A DNA stretch of 50,871 nt, the filler included, from Jimgerdemannia flammicorona (Eukaryota), in assembly GCA_003990765.1 (NCBI GenBank). It is 2 parts of 2 records of this genome, joined end to end, with 100 filler letters (N's around TTAATTAATTAA, not from the genome) between each part and the next. Parts side by side here need not be neighbours in the genome. Positions count along the whole stretch, not along the records: positions 1 to 25,388 come from RBNJ01000838.1; positions 25,489 to 50,871 come from RBNJ01000839.1. One strand, written 5' to 3'. Of the stretch, positions 13,950-25,812 are shown piece after piece (the first letter of the stretch is position 1; each line of letters opens with the position of its first letter). Below the pieces are notes generated by a model that was not told the origin of the DNA, searched no databases, and was given only the letters and a program-made list of their open reading frames with translations. The position numbers and the translations under genes are program-made.

Positions 13950-14680
13950 CTCTCCCCCTTATACATCTCTCCATTCCTCGAACTCGCCCTCTTCTTTGAA
14001 CTCTCGCACTTCTACGAACTCTCACAAGTCCACCATTAATCTGACCGTAAATCCCAATCGCGATCCTCAAACTTCCCAACTTAAAATATTTACGCGTAAG
14101 TTCATTTATTTCCTTGAGAACTAGCGTGCAGAAATGGATGGCAGGACAGGAGCACAAAACTTCAAAACTCCTATAGCCCCTGAAGTCATTCCAACATGCT
14201 TCCATTACTCCTTACCCGTCATCGATCGACTAACAAGAGTCGCTTGTTTTATATTCATGTTAAAACAATCTGTTACTCATCATTATATTACTGCTATATT
14301 GTCTTCCATTAAAAGGTCTGTCCGCTGTCTCTTGCGGTGAAAAGTAGAGAACATTGCGGCAAAAACATCTCGACCTAAAAATCTTCAAGCGTGGTGGAGA
14401 AGAGCGTGATAACACTAGGATGCACCCATGTTCGTTATCATTTAAGGCTCATGTACGAATTTTAGCCTGCAGCCATTGAATGGGTATTGTGTCGATGCAT
14501 TGCGCGTGTGTTAGCATGGGTACCACATCTCCGGCTATTCGCAACTGCCGGGGAGCGTACTGGTGGTGAAAAGTGCGAACGATTGTTATACGACTCGTCT
14601 ACTTCGCCATTGATGATTTGCGCAATTCTGGCGCGCTGTGAATATATGACCAACAGAAATCCCGCTTAGGTTTGTTTCTA
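13950..14680 (+). repeat. Dispersed duplicated segment, copy 1 (copy 2 at about 40110-40782)
   Basis: Shared colinear blocks ACGCGTAAGT, ACTAACAAGAGTCG, CACATCTCCGGCTATTCGCAACTGC, TACTGGTGGTGAAAAGT and GGTTTGTTT. Confidence 0.85.
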
Positions 14681-16524
14681 ACTTAGTGATAAACCAATCG
14701 ATTTTTTATACCAAACACTCCAACTAACTTTCTCCGCTACCAGCCAGCTATATTGCCTTTATTGATTGATTTTAGATCCAACTGATGAACCCCTTAAGCA
14801 AGGGTGAAACAATTTATAGATACACAGTGAAGAGTCCGCTGGCTTATGGAAAACTATTAGTTTAAACGTCACTCACAATCCTATCAGAAGTTAGAGTTTT
14901 GGACTTTCGGACTCTTAAAATGTTTCGTTGTGTTTTTTGAAAAATGAGATTATTTGAAACAAGATGCACGTTTTTTATTTTATTCATTTTATTTTACTTT
15001 ATTTTGAAAATAAATCATTCAATGAATGAAACATATCTATATATACCCAATGAAAACGGCTTGCACTGCCGGGCGAGAGACAAAGAACATTGGCGACGAA
15101 AGTTTGGGTTGTTGTTGCCGCGCACTCTGTGGAGCCGGTGCGGCTCATTAGGTTCCTCCTGGATGACAAACTGTTGAGCAATGACAGCGTAAATAAAACC
15201 CATGGAAATTTAATGAGGAACCATGGTACAATAACGATTTTCATAAAAGAGTCAATAGTGTTTGCAAATCTTCGCAGATCGCTGTTCCCATAATCCCTGG
15301 TATCTAAGCGGGCTACACCTATACAGTCACCAGTGGCACTTAATATATTATAGGTAAACGTGTGTCAATTTTATCGACTTTTCTCCAATGAGGAGAAGCA
15401 ATTTGTTGTTCTCGACAAGCGCAATTATAGCAGCATCCCCAAAATCGACACTCGAAGTCTTGCATCGTCCTCCTAAGTAGGCCTCTTCAATTGCCCAGCA
15501 AACTAGGCAATTATGAATAATTTATGTTGAGGAAACTCTTCACTTTGGCAGAACTGCAGTCATTATCTCGGTCGCATAGGAAATGAACGAGCTAATCACT
15601 TGATAAGACGACTCCGGAGGTATCGCTTGAGTATATTGCCTTTCAATGTCAAACGTGAGGGAGATCCCGACATATCTGAATGAAATGACAATAAGTAATT
15701 TTGTGGCGTATTTTATTCGCTGAATTGTTTAAATTCCGCTTCTTAGAATTCTAGGGCATGCTAGACAAAATGTGTGAAAGGCGAAGTAGGTAAAATAGGG
15801 GGATATGTCACCCTGTGTCGTTAGGGCATTTGTTCTTGGGATGATAATATCGCGAAATCGGCAAAAGAATTGGTTTGTTCGGGGTTATCTGGCCAGAGTT
15901 CGACCATCAACCTCCAATGGTGGGTGTGTCTAAGTGCCATTTGTCATTAATCAAATATCTGATCTAGTGTATCTGAAGGTATCCACATGTCCGGTGGGCA
16001 GGGTTTAGCTATAATAAATCGGATGGCGATTGTATGCAACGAAATGGACCCGCGCCAAGTTAGTTAGACCCATCCATGCATGGCAGCCACGTGGTATCCG
16101 ATTTGGCACCTCCATATCATAAAATTAGTGTCTTCAAATGAAATGAAATAATAATAATAATAATTCGAAAACAGTCAAAACAGGTTTTACGTTTTTGTTT
16201 TGCGTTTTTTTTTTTTTTTTTTTTTTATGGAATCTATAACTACTTAAGCAAGGAAATCCGAATTTTTATCTCGATGATTTCATATTGCATAGTCAGATTA
16301 AAGGATTTTGAATGTAATTTCTTCAGCTGGAGAATACCCTGCCAACTGTCACTTTGCATATGGACAGGAAAGTAATCAAAATGGCATCTATCAGAAACTC
16401 TTACTTCAAATTATATAATTGTCAGATACTGATATTCGGTAATATATATTATTTTTCAGTCAAATATATGTGCGGCATAGTGGCACTATATGTGCGCTCA
16501 GCCACTGTATTGGCAGGATCACGA

Positions 16525-16532
16525 TGACGTCA
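16525..16532. promoter_or_regulatory. CRE/ATF-type palindrome TGACGTCA upstream of the JmjC gene
   Basis: Perfect TGACGTCA about 120 bp before the ATG, followed by an A-tract and a pyrimidine-rich leader. Function is inferred only. Confidence 0.3.
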
Positions 16533-16647
16533 AACAGAAAAAAAAAAAAATATCAGTGTTTATAGCGTTCGCGTCTGGCCTCCAGATATTTTCTTTATCT
16601 TTCTTGTCTTACATCCAACCCTCTTCCACTCAACAAGTGATAACACC

Positions 16648-19600
16648 ATGAAGACAAGATCCCAACTCTCGTACACCCCATCCACAACTGCCACGCGTTC
16701 CACGACACCTTACACCTCGGCGACCTCCAGTGCTCAAGCCCGTCCCGTGGTTAGTACGACGTTGTACCCTGCTGGCGCTATTACGACAGACTCCACCACG
16801 ATGCCCTCTACCCCGACGCGTTGCACTTCGACGGAGTCCACTACATCACGCTCCACGACTAAGAGGAAGCGGAGCAACGAGGACACGGTCGAGGAGCCTG
16901 AGAGGAATAGAGGTACGGTGAAGAGGGTGAAAGGAAAGACTACGGCGCTTAATCCGTCGGACTACCGAGACGGCTCCCCCTCCTCAGAGCCCGATGTCGA
17001 CGATACGATTAGGCAAAGGCACACCGTCGAAAAGACTAGCAGCTGCCGCCGCTCCGCCCGTGTTCGCATTTCTCGGTATCAAAACCTTGACCTTGAAGAG
17101 ATGGCGAGGTCCGTGTTCACATTTGACTCCGGTAAGCAACCACCGCTCGGACACCAGCCTCACGGCACCAAGCGCCAGCGAGACACGCTCCATGTCGTAA
17201 GTGGCATCGACCTCGGCCCAAAGCGGTGCCGGTACGACACCACGGACCTGCCTGCAGAGGTCATCACACACCAGCAGGCCGTGGAAACCGCAAGAAGGGT
17301 GCCGAAAGAGAGACTTCACGTCCAACGTAGCATGTGTGCGGCGAAAGCCTACGAGATGTTCGGCAAGTGTCGTCCGTGCACAAATGAGGAAGCCGATTGC
17401 CTTTTTAAGGATTTCCGTGCTTTCGAACTCATTCCCACGCCACCGAACACCGTCGGCGAGGCATCGACGGCGGTCGTCAGACTGCAAGAGAACTCGGTCT
17501 TCGCACCTGTCCCGTTTTTCGTGTCGTCCATCATGCCCGATCCGCAGTACCCGATCGCGGAACCCAAGCGGTCGGCCAATCCAAAGTCCGCGCACATCAT
17601 CGAGGCTTTCGTTCGGCGCACCATCTCCGGACAGCTAGAAACTATGCTCGCTCGGGAGCTAGTTCATCTTAAGGGTGATGAGTGCATCCGGAGGTTGCCG
17701 ACACCCTTTGCGCGGCATACGTGTGATTGCTGTGGGACGACCATCTTCAACTGCTATTGGACATGCTCGGCGTGCAGCGCGGAGATGTGCCTCGATTGCT
17801 ACGATGAATGGGATGAAGGTGGCGTCGCGGAAGAATCGGGGAGCTCTTTCGGCGAGTGCTCGCTCGACCGGAAACACACAAAAGTCCAGATGCTTCGAAT
17901 GACGAAGCTTTTCAAGGAGATACTGGAAAAGGTCGAAGCCAGGAGCGCGCAGTGCAAGAGGAGAGAGTCGGAGCGCGGAGAGGAGGAGATGGAAGAGGAA
18001 TTGGAGGAGGTGGAGTACGTGGAATTGGAAGGTACTGTTGCCCCAATGGGGGGTGGATCTTTCGCTAATATGCCGAGATCGACGACGGGAACCTCTGACC
18101 TCGGGAAGACACCGACTTTCCAGCGGGATATTCTTTCCTCATCGGCCGTCTCGCCAAACCACTCACCCTCCTCCCTCCAGTATCTCTACGACTCGGCCAC
18201 CAAGGTTCCCCTGGAAAGGTTTCAGGACTATTGGCGCCGGGGCGAGGCCGTGGTGATTAGCGACGTCCTAAGGGAAGGTGGAATAGCTTGGTCACCAGAC
18301 TATTTCATTAAGAATTACGGTACACACAAAGTCAACGTCATCGATTGCGAGACTGGCGAATCGATCCCTAGTACTGTCGCAGGATTCTTTGAGGGGTTTG
18401 AAGACGTCTCCAAGAGAGACAAACATTCCGACGGCAAATACAAGGTGCTGAAATTGAAGGTGAGTAGGTGGGTTGGGATTATGGATGTTGTTGGGGATGG
18501 ACTATGGATATATATTCAATAAGAAAATTGGACTAGTGAATATATAATAATTAATTAATTGGCATTTTTTTGATTTAATGCATAGGATTGGCCTCCTCAA
18601 CAGGACTTTAGAGACGAATTCCCGGAACTCTACGAGGAATTCATGGCTGCCCTCCCTTTCAAAGATTATACAGGCGATAACGGTGTCCTGAACCTAGCGA
18701 GCCGCCTACCCGACGCATTCCTCCCGCCGGATCTAGGTCCCAAGATGTATATAGCGTACGGATCGGACGACGGCGAGAAGGGTAAGGGTACGACAAATCT
18801 GCACTGCGACATGGCGGATGCCGTCAATGTCATGTTTTACTCATCGGCTGTAGATCAGACTTCCGACCACAAGAAGGTGGCGGCCGCCGTATGGGATATC
18901 TTCCGGGCCGAGGATCTCCCTAAAATCAAAACGTTCCTCAAGGCATATGCTCTCGAAGTAGGGTACAATGACTTGGTCGACCCAGTCCACGACCATTGGA
19001 TTTACCTTGACGCCAACCTCCGACAGCGTCTCCTGGAGGAGTACGGAGTACGCCCTTGGCGCATCCACCAAAATCCGGGGGACGCCGTATTCATTCCCGC
19101 CGGGTGTGCGCACCAGGTATGCAACTACACCGCTGCTGTCAAATGCGCCATGGATTTCGTAAGCCCGGAGAATGTTGAACGATGCGCGGAGCTTACGAAG
19201 GAGTTTAGATTGATGAGCCGGATCGATCCGAAGAGGATAAAGGAGGACGTGCTGCAACTTAAAAATATTCTTTTTTTCGCGTGGGCATCTTGTGATCGGT
19301 TCTTGGAGTCAGGCGAAGAACGTAGTGAGGACGGCGAGGAGGAGACCGCAGCGCTAGAGCAGGAAAGCATTGGCGGAAAACTGATAACGGAGGTGCCGTG
19401 GGTTGAGATTAAAGACGAGCGGATGCTGAGACGAGCGAAGGAGAAGAGGGAAGCTGAGAAGAGCAAGAAGTCTACGTCCAAAAAACAGAAGACGATTTCG
19501 ACGAGGAAGCGTGCTCGTTCTACCGTCGACGACGGGGACGGCGAAGGAAGTTCCAGCAACATAGAGCCTGCGCCGAAGAGGAGGTTAGGCCGGCCGCCTA

Positions 19601-19923
19601 AGGATAGGAGCATGGAGGAGGGTGTGGATGGTATAACAAAGAAGTCCTCGCTTGTCAAGAGGGGGAGAAACCCACCGACGATTAACGAAGAGAATGCAGT
19701 CGGTGAAGGTAGAGTGGAGGATGAGTGCGCGGCTGTCGATCTTACGCCGAAAATGAAGCTGGGGAGACCACCCAAAAATAGGAGCGCAGAAGAGGTGCGA
19801 GGAGGGACGGCCGAACCAAAAAAAAAGGTGAATAAGTCGAAGAGGCTACCGATGGAAGCTGGTGGTGACGATGAGGAAGGCGAGGTCTCTGGAAAAAGAA
19901 AAAAAAAAAAAAATCGCTGGTGA
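16648..19923 (+). CDS. KDM3/JMJD1-family JmjC histone demethylase (likely H3K9me1/2), join(16648..18459,18586..19923), 1049 aa
   Basis: Removing the phase-0 intron 18460-18585 (GTGAGT..CATAG) restores LKLKDWPP. C6 finger CDCCGTTIFNCYWTCSACSAEMCLDCY. Fe(II) ligands in TTNLHCDMADAVN and IPAGCAHQV. Also PDLGPKMYIAYG and DFVSPEN. Two GRPPK AT-hook-like motifs and a basic NLS-like C-terminus. Confidence 0.95.
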
Positions 19924-20560
19924 AGGAAATAATGGCGCTGGAGGAGGCATCACGAGATAAGGAAACGTCTATGAAAGAAACTAATTTATGATGCAGATGT
20001 CTATGGTGAAGGAACCCATTGATTTCGAGCAAGGAAGGTCCAAGGTCTGAAGGGGAAATCTGTTTTGGGCACAATCATTATTTGCAGGATAGCTCGCAAC
20101 GGGAACTATCGTAATTTGATTGGCAATGAACTTGTCTCTGTTTTTATTTTTATTTTCTGCTTCTTGGTTTTTAGTATATCTCAGTCCTTTTTGGTTTTCT
20201 GTTTTATGGTTTTCTGTGAATGTCCCTGCACACAATATATGGATTCGTCTTAGGTTGTGCAAGTATGAATTATGTTCGTATGTCTGTGACGTTATTAATT
20301 CTATCCATCCGACTTGCCAGGACTTATATTATGACAATAATAAATAAAAATACTCAAGCACTGACAGTGAAAATCTACTTACTCTTGATTAACACCACCG
20401 ACTGCACAATCAGCAGAACGCACTACAGTCATCAGCACCACATTTTGGGCTACCTATTTGGCCATAACTTATATCAATTAGGTGCCATTCGAATCACATT
20501 TACCATGCTGACATCTTTCTCCGCTACAATTCACGTTACACACAGAAAGGTATTAAGGCA

Positions 20561-21334
20561 ATGTCAACCAGCAAGCAAGCAGATGCGCATACTAGGTCAG
20601 GTGGACCTGGGGCCTTTGACTGGCAACATGTCAGACAAAGGTATGGGCTTGGGATGGGGTCTTTTGGTGGTCCGAGTGGGCAAGGCAGCTTGGGCTGTGG
20701 AAGTGGTGCTGGTGGTGGAGCTGGAGGGCATGCAGGGAGGAGCTTTGTGGACATGCTGAGGAATGGTAGTTGGCTGGTGGGAACCTGGGGTGGGCAGGCA
20801 GGAGGGAAGGGGAAGCAGAAGGTTGGGGAGGCTGGAGGAGCTGGAGGAGCTGGACCTCAGCCAGTGGGTGGTAGGGCTGGTGGGGTGGCTGCTGGGAGTA
20901 GTGGTGGGACTGCTGATAGTAGCATGACTGGAAATCTGAAAAAACATCCAGATGTAACTGCTGATGGTGGGGCTGGGCAGATGGGCCCAAAGTGGAAGGG
21001 AGACCTGGCTGATGGTGTGACAGGGCTAGCAGTGGCACTGTTACTCAAGAAGTTGATTTCAGAGTTTGCAGCTACCTTGTGCTTCAGGGGCTTGGTGGTG
21101 CCTGCAAGGATGGTCCTGGGGCTTGTTTCACAGCAGGTGGCTGGGGCAGCCTCAGTGAAGTTCCTGAAGGGGCTGGAGGGGGTTGAGGTGGGCTTTGAGG
21201 AGGTGGGCCCACTGGATGAAGTGCTGAAGGCTAGAGTGGTAGTCAGGGAAGTTGTGGTCCCTATGGTGTAATGCCTTAGGTGGGACCCCAGGGTAGTACA
21301 GTTGCTGATAAAGGGGGTGCCTATGGTGATGAAG
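20561..21334 (+). mobile_element. LINE 5' fragment (ORF1 N-terminus), interrupted by an LTR element
   Basis: Translation (..DLADGVTGL..LLKKLISEF..TLCFRGL..VKFLKGLEGVEVGF..) is homologous to the ORF1 copies starting at 44027 and 45182. Homology stops abruptly at TGTAAG 21335. Confidence 0.85.
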
Positions 21335-23394
21335 TGTAAGAGGGTTACTTTTTAGGGTGACCGTTACATAGTTCTGGAAGGGTTTTCGGAAGTTCTGGAT
21401 GCTCTGGAAGACTGTTTTCTTTTGGTCAAGATCAATTTCATATGGAGTATGTCCTCTATGCTTATTGATTTCAAGATCGGATTGACGTCTCAACCAAAGT
21501 CCTTTTTCAGACTAGTTCTGGATGTTCAGGATTTTCCATATTTCAGGAAGTTCAAGAAACTAAGACCAGCTTAGTTGAATTGGCATATCACTGCAGACAA
21601 TACCCAATTAGGAAATTTCGTGACAGGGTTAGGAGTAAGACCTAACAGGGAGCAGATTTACTTAAGAGTGGTTTGTGGGTTATGGAATAGGTTTATTTGC
21701 TATTCATGATATTGCTATACTAGGAGTATTTGTGTGAAGGGGTATTGTGGAGAAGTATTCAGGAATGTTCTTGTGTATTCGAGTCTGAGATTCTGAGGTC
21801 TGGGGGAGGGGATATTTATACTAGTGAGGGGCTATCTGGACTATGCTAGATATGGATGTAGCACTAAATACTTTGCTGAGTCAGAATGCAGTCATGTAGT
21901 ACAAGTGTGATCTGACATGTCAAGAGATTATCTGACTGCTGAGTCAGTTCACAGTCACGTCATACAATGCTAATCTAACTATACTATGACTGCTAGGCTA
22001 TTTATGGGTTTAGGCGCTGTCTGGGTAGTCTTCGATGACATCACCATCAATGACATCATCTCTGATAAAGTAGTCATCTAGGAAGAGTGGTTCACAGATT
22101 ACTTCTCCTTGTTCACTGAGGTAGTAATACATTGGGACTTTGTCTCCATCTCACAGGATAGCATCGTCTGTCTCATAGGCTGAATAAGGTGTTGGTGGGC
22201 AAAGGATGGGTATATTGTCTTCGCTTTCATCAGATTCACTGTCTGCGTACCTTCTATAGGTTACAGCACTATGGGTTGCAGGATTGTAGTAAGCTGGCAG
22301 CTGTGGTTCATGTCGCTCATACTCAGGTGGTGGAGTGGTTGGTTCAATCTCAAGGATTGTCTGGAGGTACAGATTATGTTCTCTGGTCTCTTCATTGTAG
22401 TTGAAGTAGTCGGGGATGAATGCGAGTTGGTATTCGTGCCAGTGGTCATTGTCCCAATAAGTCTCGTATGCAGTTATGAACTGTTGTAAGTTCATCAGCA
22501 AGTTTGGTGGTGTGATCAGAGTTGGCAGAGATCCTAAGCAGAGGTCATATTGGCATCAGAGGGATCATTGTCTTCTGCCTCATCTTTGTCAAAGTGGATT
22601 ATATCATAGACGTCCTTTATGGCATATCTGACTTGAGGCATTTGCAGGATATGGTCATCAGGGTGTGGGAAGGTTCTGTCTGTAGTCTGGATGTATTCGA
22701 GGTACTTGTGGTTGAGTTCTTATATCATGTCATCGATTTGGCCGTAGGACAGGGTAGCAACCATTTCGCTGGTAGTGACTTGGAGGCGAGGAATAAAGGT
22801 GTTGTACTCATAGAAGAGTTCTTGATGTTTGCGGGCAATGAGCTTCTGGTGTTGAGACATCTGGGTAATGTCTGTATCATGGTGGTGTTTGACCATGTCT
22901 TCCAGGAGGCAGCCAATCTGGTAGTAGCTTGAGATTTGTCCAATTTGGTGGGCCTTGCTAAGTATGTTCAGGGTGTTCCATCAGGCTTCCACAAAGTAGA
23001 GGGGTGCCAGGCTATGGATATTCATGAGGGGCAGAGGGGGTGTAGCTCAGTTGATAATGGCATTCCAAATGTCAGCACAGATGCGGTTATAGATCTCAGT
23101 GGTCATGTTTGTGTGTTTGGAAGTTGTGGTTGTTATTTGTTTTGGTTCTCTGATTCGACGCATCTCGGTGCTCAGTATATATACATTTGGTCCTGATTGG
23201 TAAGATTCCGTTTGTGTAAATCTTGTGTTCTGTAACTTCATATTGACTCAGCTTTGTGTGCTGTGACTTCAGTTTGACTCAGCTTTGTGATCAAGCAGGT
23301 GATTTCCAGATTTGTTCAGAGGTCGTGTGTAATTTTGGTGGCTTGTTCAGAGGTTGACATGTAATTTCAGTAGCTTGGAGGTTGTATGCTTACA
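21335..23394 (-). repeat. 3' LTR of element A (2060 bp)
   Basis: Termini TGTAAG...CTTACA. Starts immediately after the PPT and ends at the LINE junction. TATAAATA at 21820-21813, AATAAA at 21697-21692, and a 63-bp-spaced repeat containing TGAGTCA (21874, 21937). The 5' LTR is not in view. Confidence 0.75.
22010..23106 (-). pseudogene. LTR(U3)-embedded accessory ORF A, unknown function
   Basis: Read-through translation MTTEIYNRICADIWNAIIN*ATPPLPLMNIHSLAPLYFVEA*WNTLNILSKAHQIGQISSYYQIGCLL..QKLIARKHQELFYEY... Stops are TGA/TAA, consistent with C>T. One frameshift near 22560. Acidic tail. Confidence 0.75.
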
Positions 23395-23410
23395 ACTCTC
23401 CCCTTCTTAG
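23395..23410 (-). other. Polypurine tract of element A
   Basis: Minus strand reads GAGGACGTCGAAAG-CTAAGAAGGGGAGAGT directly before TGTAAG. Confidence 0.8.
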
Positions 23411-23819
23411 CTTTCGACGTCCTCATCGGGGCCTTCTAATTTATTCTAGTGTTGTTACACCATTTGGGAGGTCAAAAGTCTGGTAAGATCCATTTTCTCA
23501 GAAAGTGGCATGCTTGTAGTACAGTTGCCTAATGCTTTGGATTCACACGTTAAAGGGTCGTGTGTTCAATGCCATATGCCAGAAGTGATTCTGATGTCAT
23601 TCACTGCTGGAGAATTTCCTCTAAGGAATCTTCTTAAATGTCTATGCCTTGTTTCCCATCAGTAGTACAGAGAGAATAGGCTTGCTTTCAGTTTTGCTAT
23701 TTTTCCAGGGATTCGGTATTCTTGTCTTGTTTTGCTGAGTTCTTGGTTTGGTTTGCAATAATTATAATGTTTGGGAGGATAATATATAGTATGTATGGAT
23801 AGGTGCGGAATATTTGGTT

Positions 23820-25370
23820 CTAGTTGTTCAAGGAATCATATTTCTGAACTAGGTTGGTAGCATTCTGGAGATTGGTCTTGGGTTCCCAGATTGCATCATG
23901 GATTAGGTAACCTTTCCATTTGACAAGGTACTCAGGATGGTTCTTGTTGCCACGTTTGTTGAGGATTTGTTCAACTTCGTACTCTTCTTCATCATTAATA
24001 ATGACAGGTGTAGGTGGTTCAGTGGTCTGGTTGGGGAATAGCTCATCATCATTCTCATTGTATCTCTTGAGACATTGAACATTAAAGACTGGGTGAATCT
24101 TAATGGTGTCCAGTAGCGCTAGTTTGTAGGAGGTTGGAGAGACTTGTGCAATGACTTCAAATGGTCCAATGAACTTGCTGTTCAGCTTTGTGAATGGTCT
24201 GTACTTGAGGTTGTCAACTCGGTATCCTCAGATGTCTAGTAGGACTTTTTCTCCAATATCAAAAGTTCCTTCTTGGCAGTGTTGGTTAACATACTGTGAC
24301 TGTTGTTCTTGAGCTCGTGATAAATTCTCAATTGTGATCTGGCTTAGATTGCACATTCGGAGTAGGAATTCTTCAATAGCTTCGACTGTGGAGAGTTCAT
24401 CGGTAGTTCGGATAAGTGTCAAAGGGGTGTTTGGGTTTTGTCCAGTATTGGCGAACAATGGGGTCATTCCAAGAGAGGCTTGCTTGCTGTTGTTATAGGC
24501 AAACTCGACTGTGGTGAGATGTTCATGCCAATCATCTTGTCTGTAGGAGACATAGTTCCTTAGCATTTGTTTCAGAGTTTGGTTCATTCTTTCGGTTTGG
24601 CCATCAGTTTCAGGGTGAAAGGCTGTGGATAGTGCAAGTTTCGTTCCAAGGTGTGCATGGAGGGCTTTCCAAAAATGGCTAGTGAATTTCGGATCTCGGT
24701 CACTGACAATGATCTTGGGAAGACCATGATAGTGGAAGATGTTGTCAAACAAGAGTGTAGCTATATCTGGTGCTGTTGCAGTAGTGGTAGTAGGCACAAA
24801 GTGGGCTTGTTTGCTGAGGTAGTCCACAAAGACAACAATTGCATCTTTCCTGTTCTTGGTTCGGGGTAGTTGTACAATGAAGTCCATAGAGATTCGTTCC
24901 CAATTTGCAGATGGTACTGGAATAGGGTGGAGTAAGCCGGGTTTTGCTAGTGTTGAGGACTTGTTTCGTTGGCAGGCATCACAGGAAGTGATATAGGTTT
25001 TGAGCTGATCTGCCATGCGGGGCCAATAGAAGTTTCGGGAGATAACTTCATAACATTTATCAAATCCTAAATGTCCAGCTGTAGGGGCATCATGACATTC
25101 GAATAGGATAGTCCTTCACAGGTCTTGGTTGTTTGGAACATACAATCTGTTCTTATAGTAGATAGCATTGTCCTTGAGTTGGTATTGATTGTACCAGGTA
25201 TGCTTGTCAGCATCATCATTGTTTAGGATTTCTTGGAGTACTTGAGCTTCTTTATCATGAACACATGCTGCAATGATTTGTTCCATGATAGTGTTGGTAA
25301 CCAAGGTCAGAGTTTGGATAACCTCTTCGATTAGTGGTCTGGAGATTACATTGGTAACAATATTTTCCTT
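23820..25370 (-). pseudogene. pol: pol 3' part: integrase (HHCC, DDE), GPF motif, chromodomain
   Basis: HDAPTAGHLG..CDACQ, ISMDFIVQLP, IVSDRDPKF, HPETDGQTER, KFIGPF, YEVEQIL..YLVKWKGY...IWEPKTNL. In-frame TGA at 25116 and 24228. Confidence 0.93.
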
Positions 25371-25388
25371 GGGGGGGGGTGGGGGGGG

Positions 25389-25488
25389 NNNNNNNNNNNN
25401 NNNNNNNNNNNNNNNNNNNNNNNNNNNNNNNNTTAATTAATTAANNNNNNNNNNNNNNNNNNNNNNNNNNNNNNNNNNNNNNNNNNNN
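25389..25488. other. Assembly gap / contig-joining spacer
   Basis: N44-TTAATTAATTAA-N44, a linker with stops in all six frames. Confidence 0.97.
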
Positions 25489-25812
25489 CAGAAATTATAG
25501 ACTTTTGGAGACCATTATACTATACAGAGATCATCATGCAGAAATTGCATAAGAAAACTGCCAAATTGCAGGACCATTATATATAAGGAATGACCACACT
25601 ATACACAAATCACTACTATACTCAAGAACCTATCTCAATAAGGAAATCACTCACAGATATCTAGCTTTTGACTATTATATCACTAAATACCAACAAGGAT
25701 ACCAGAAATCTTAGAACAATTTATTACTTTTAACAAAGTAACTGAGGGCTCAAGCCAAACTACATCAACCCTCAATCTTGTAATTTGTCTCCATTGAGCC
25801 AGGTATATTATA
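25489..25812 (+). repeat. 5' LTR of element B (3' part only)
   Basis: Aligns with 34407-34824. Differences are overwhelmingly C/T and G/A transitions. Confidence 0.9.

Larger units (their letters stand above)
21335..25370 (-). mobile_element. Ty3/Gypsy chromovirus-type LTR retrotransposon, 3' half (element A), cut by the assembly gap
   Basis: Integrase, GPF motif, chromodomain, PPT and 3' LTR in the expected order on the minus strand. Confidence 0.93.

Noticed and set aside
16205..16226. T-tract as another retro-insertion (also A-tracts near 9763 and 16538)
   Set aside because: No convincing TSD or LINE terminus.
16984..19775. Long antisense and alternate-frame ORFs over the JmjC gene (also over the pseudogene and LINEs)
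   Set aside because: They are shadows of GC-rich or strand-biased coding sequence with no independent motifs.
25371..25488. G-run and TTAATTAATTAA inside Ns as a biological motif
   Set aside because: The linker is an artificial six-frame-stop spacer, and the G-run is at a contig end. Elements A and B should not be assumed to be neighbours.
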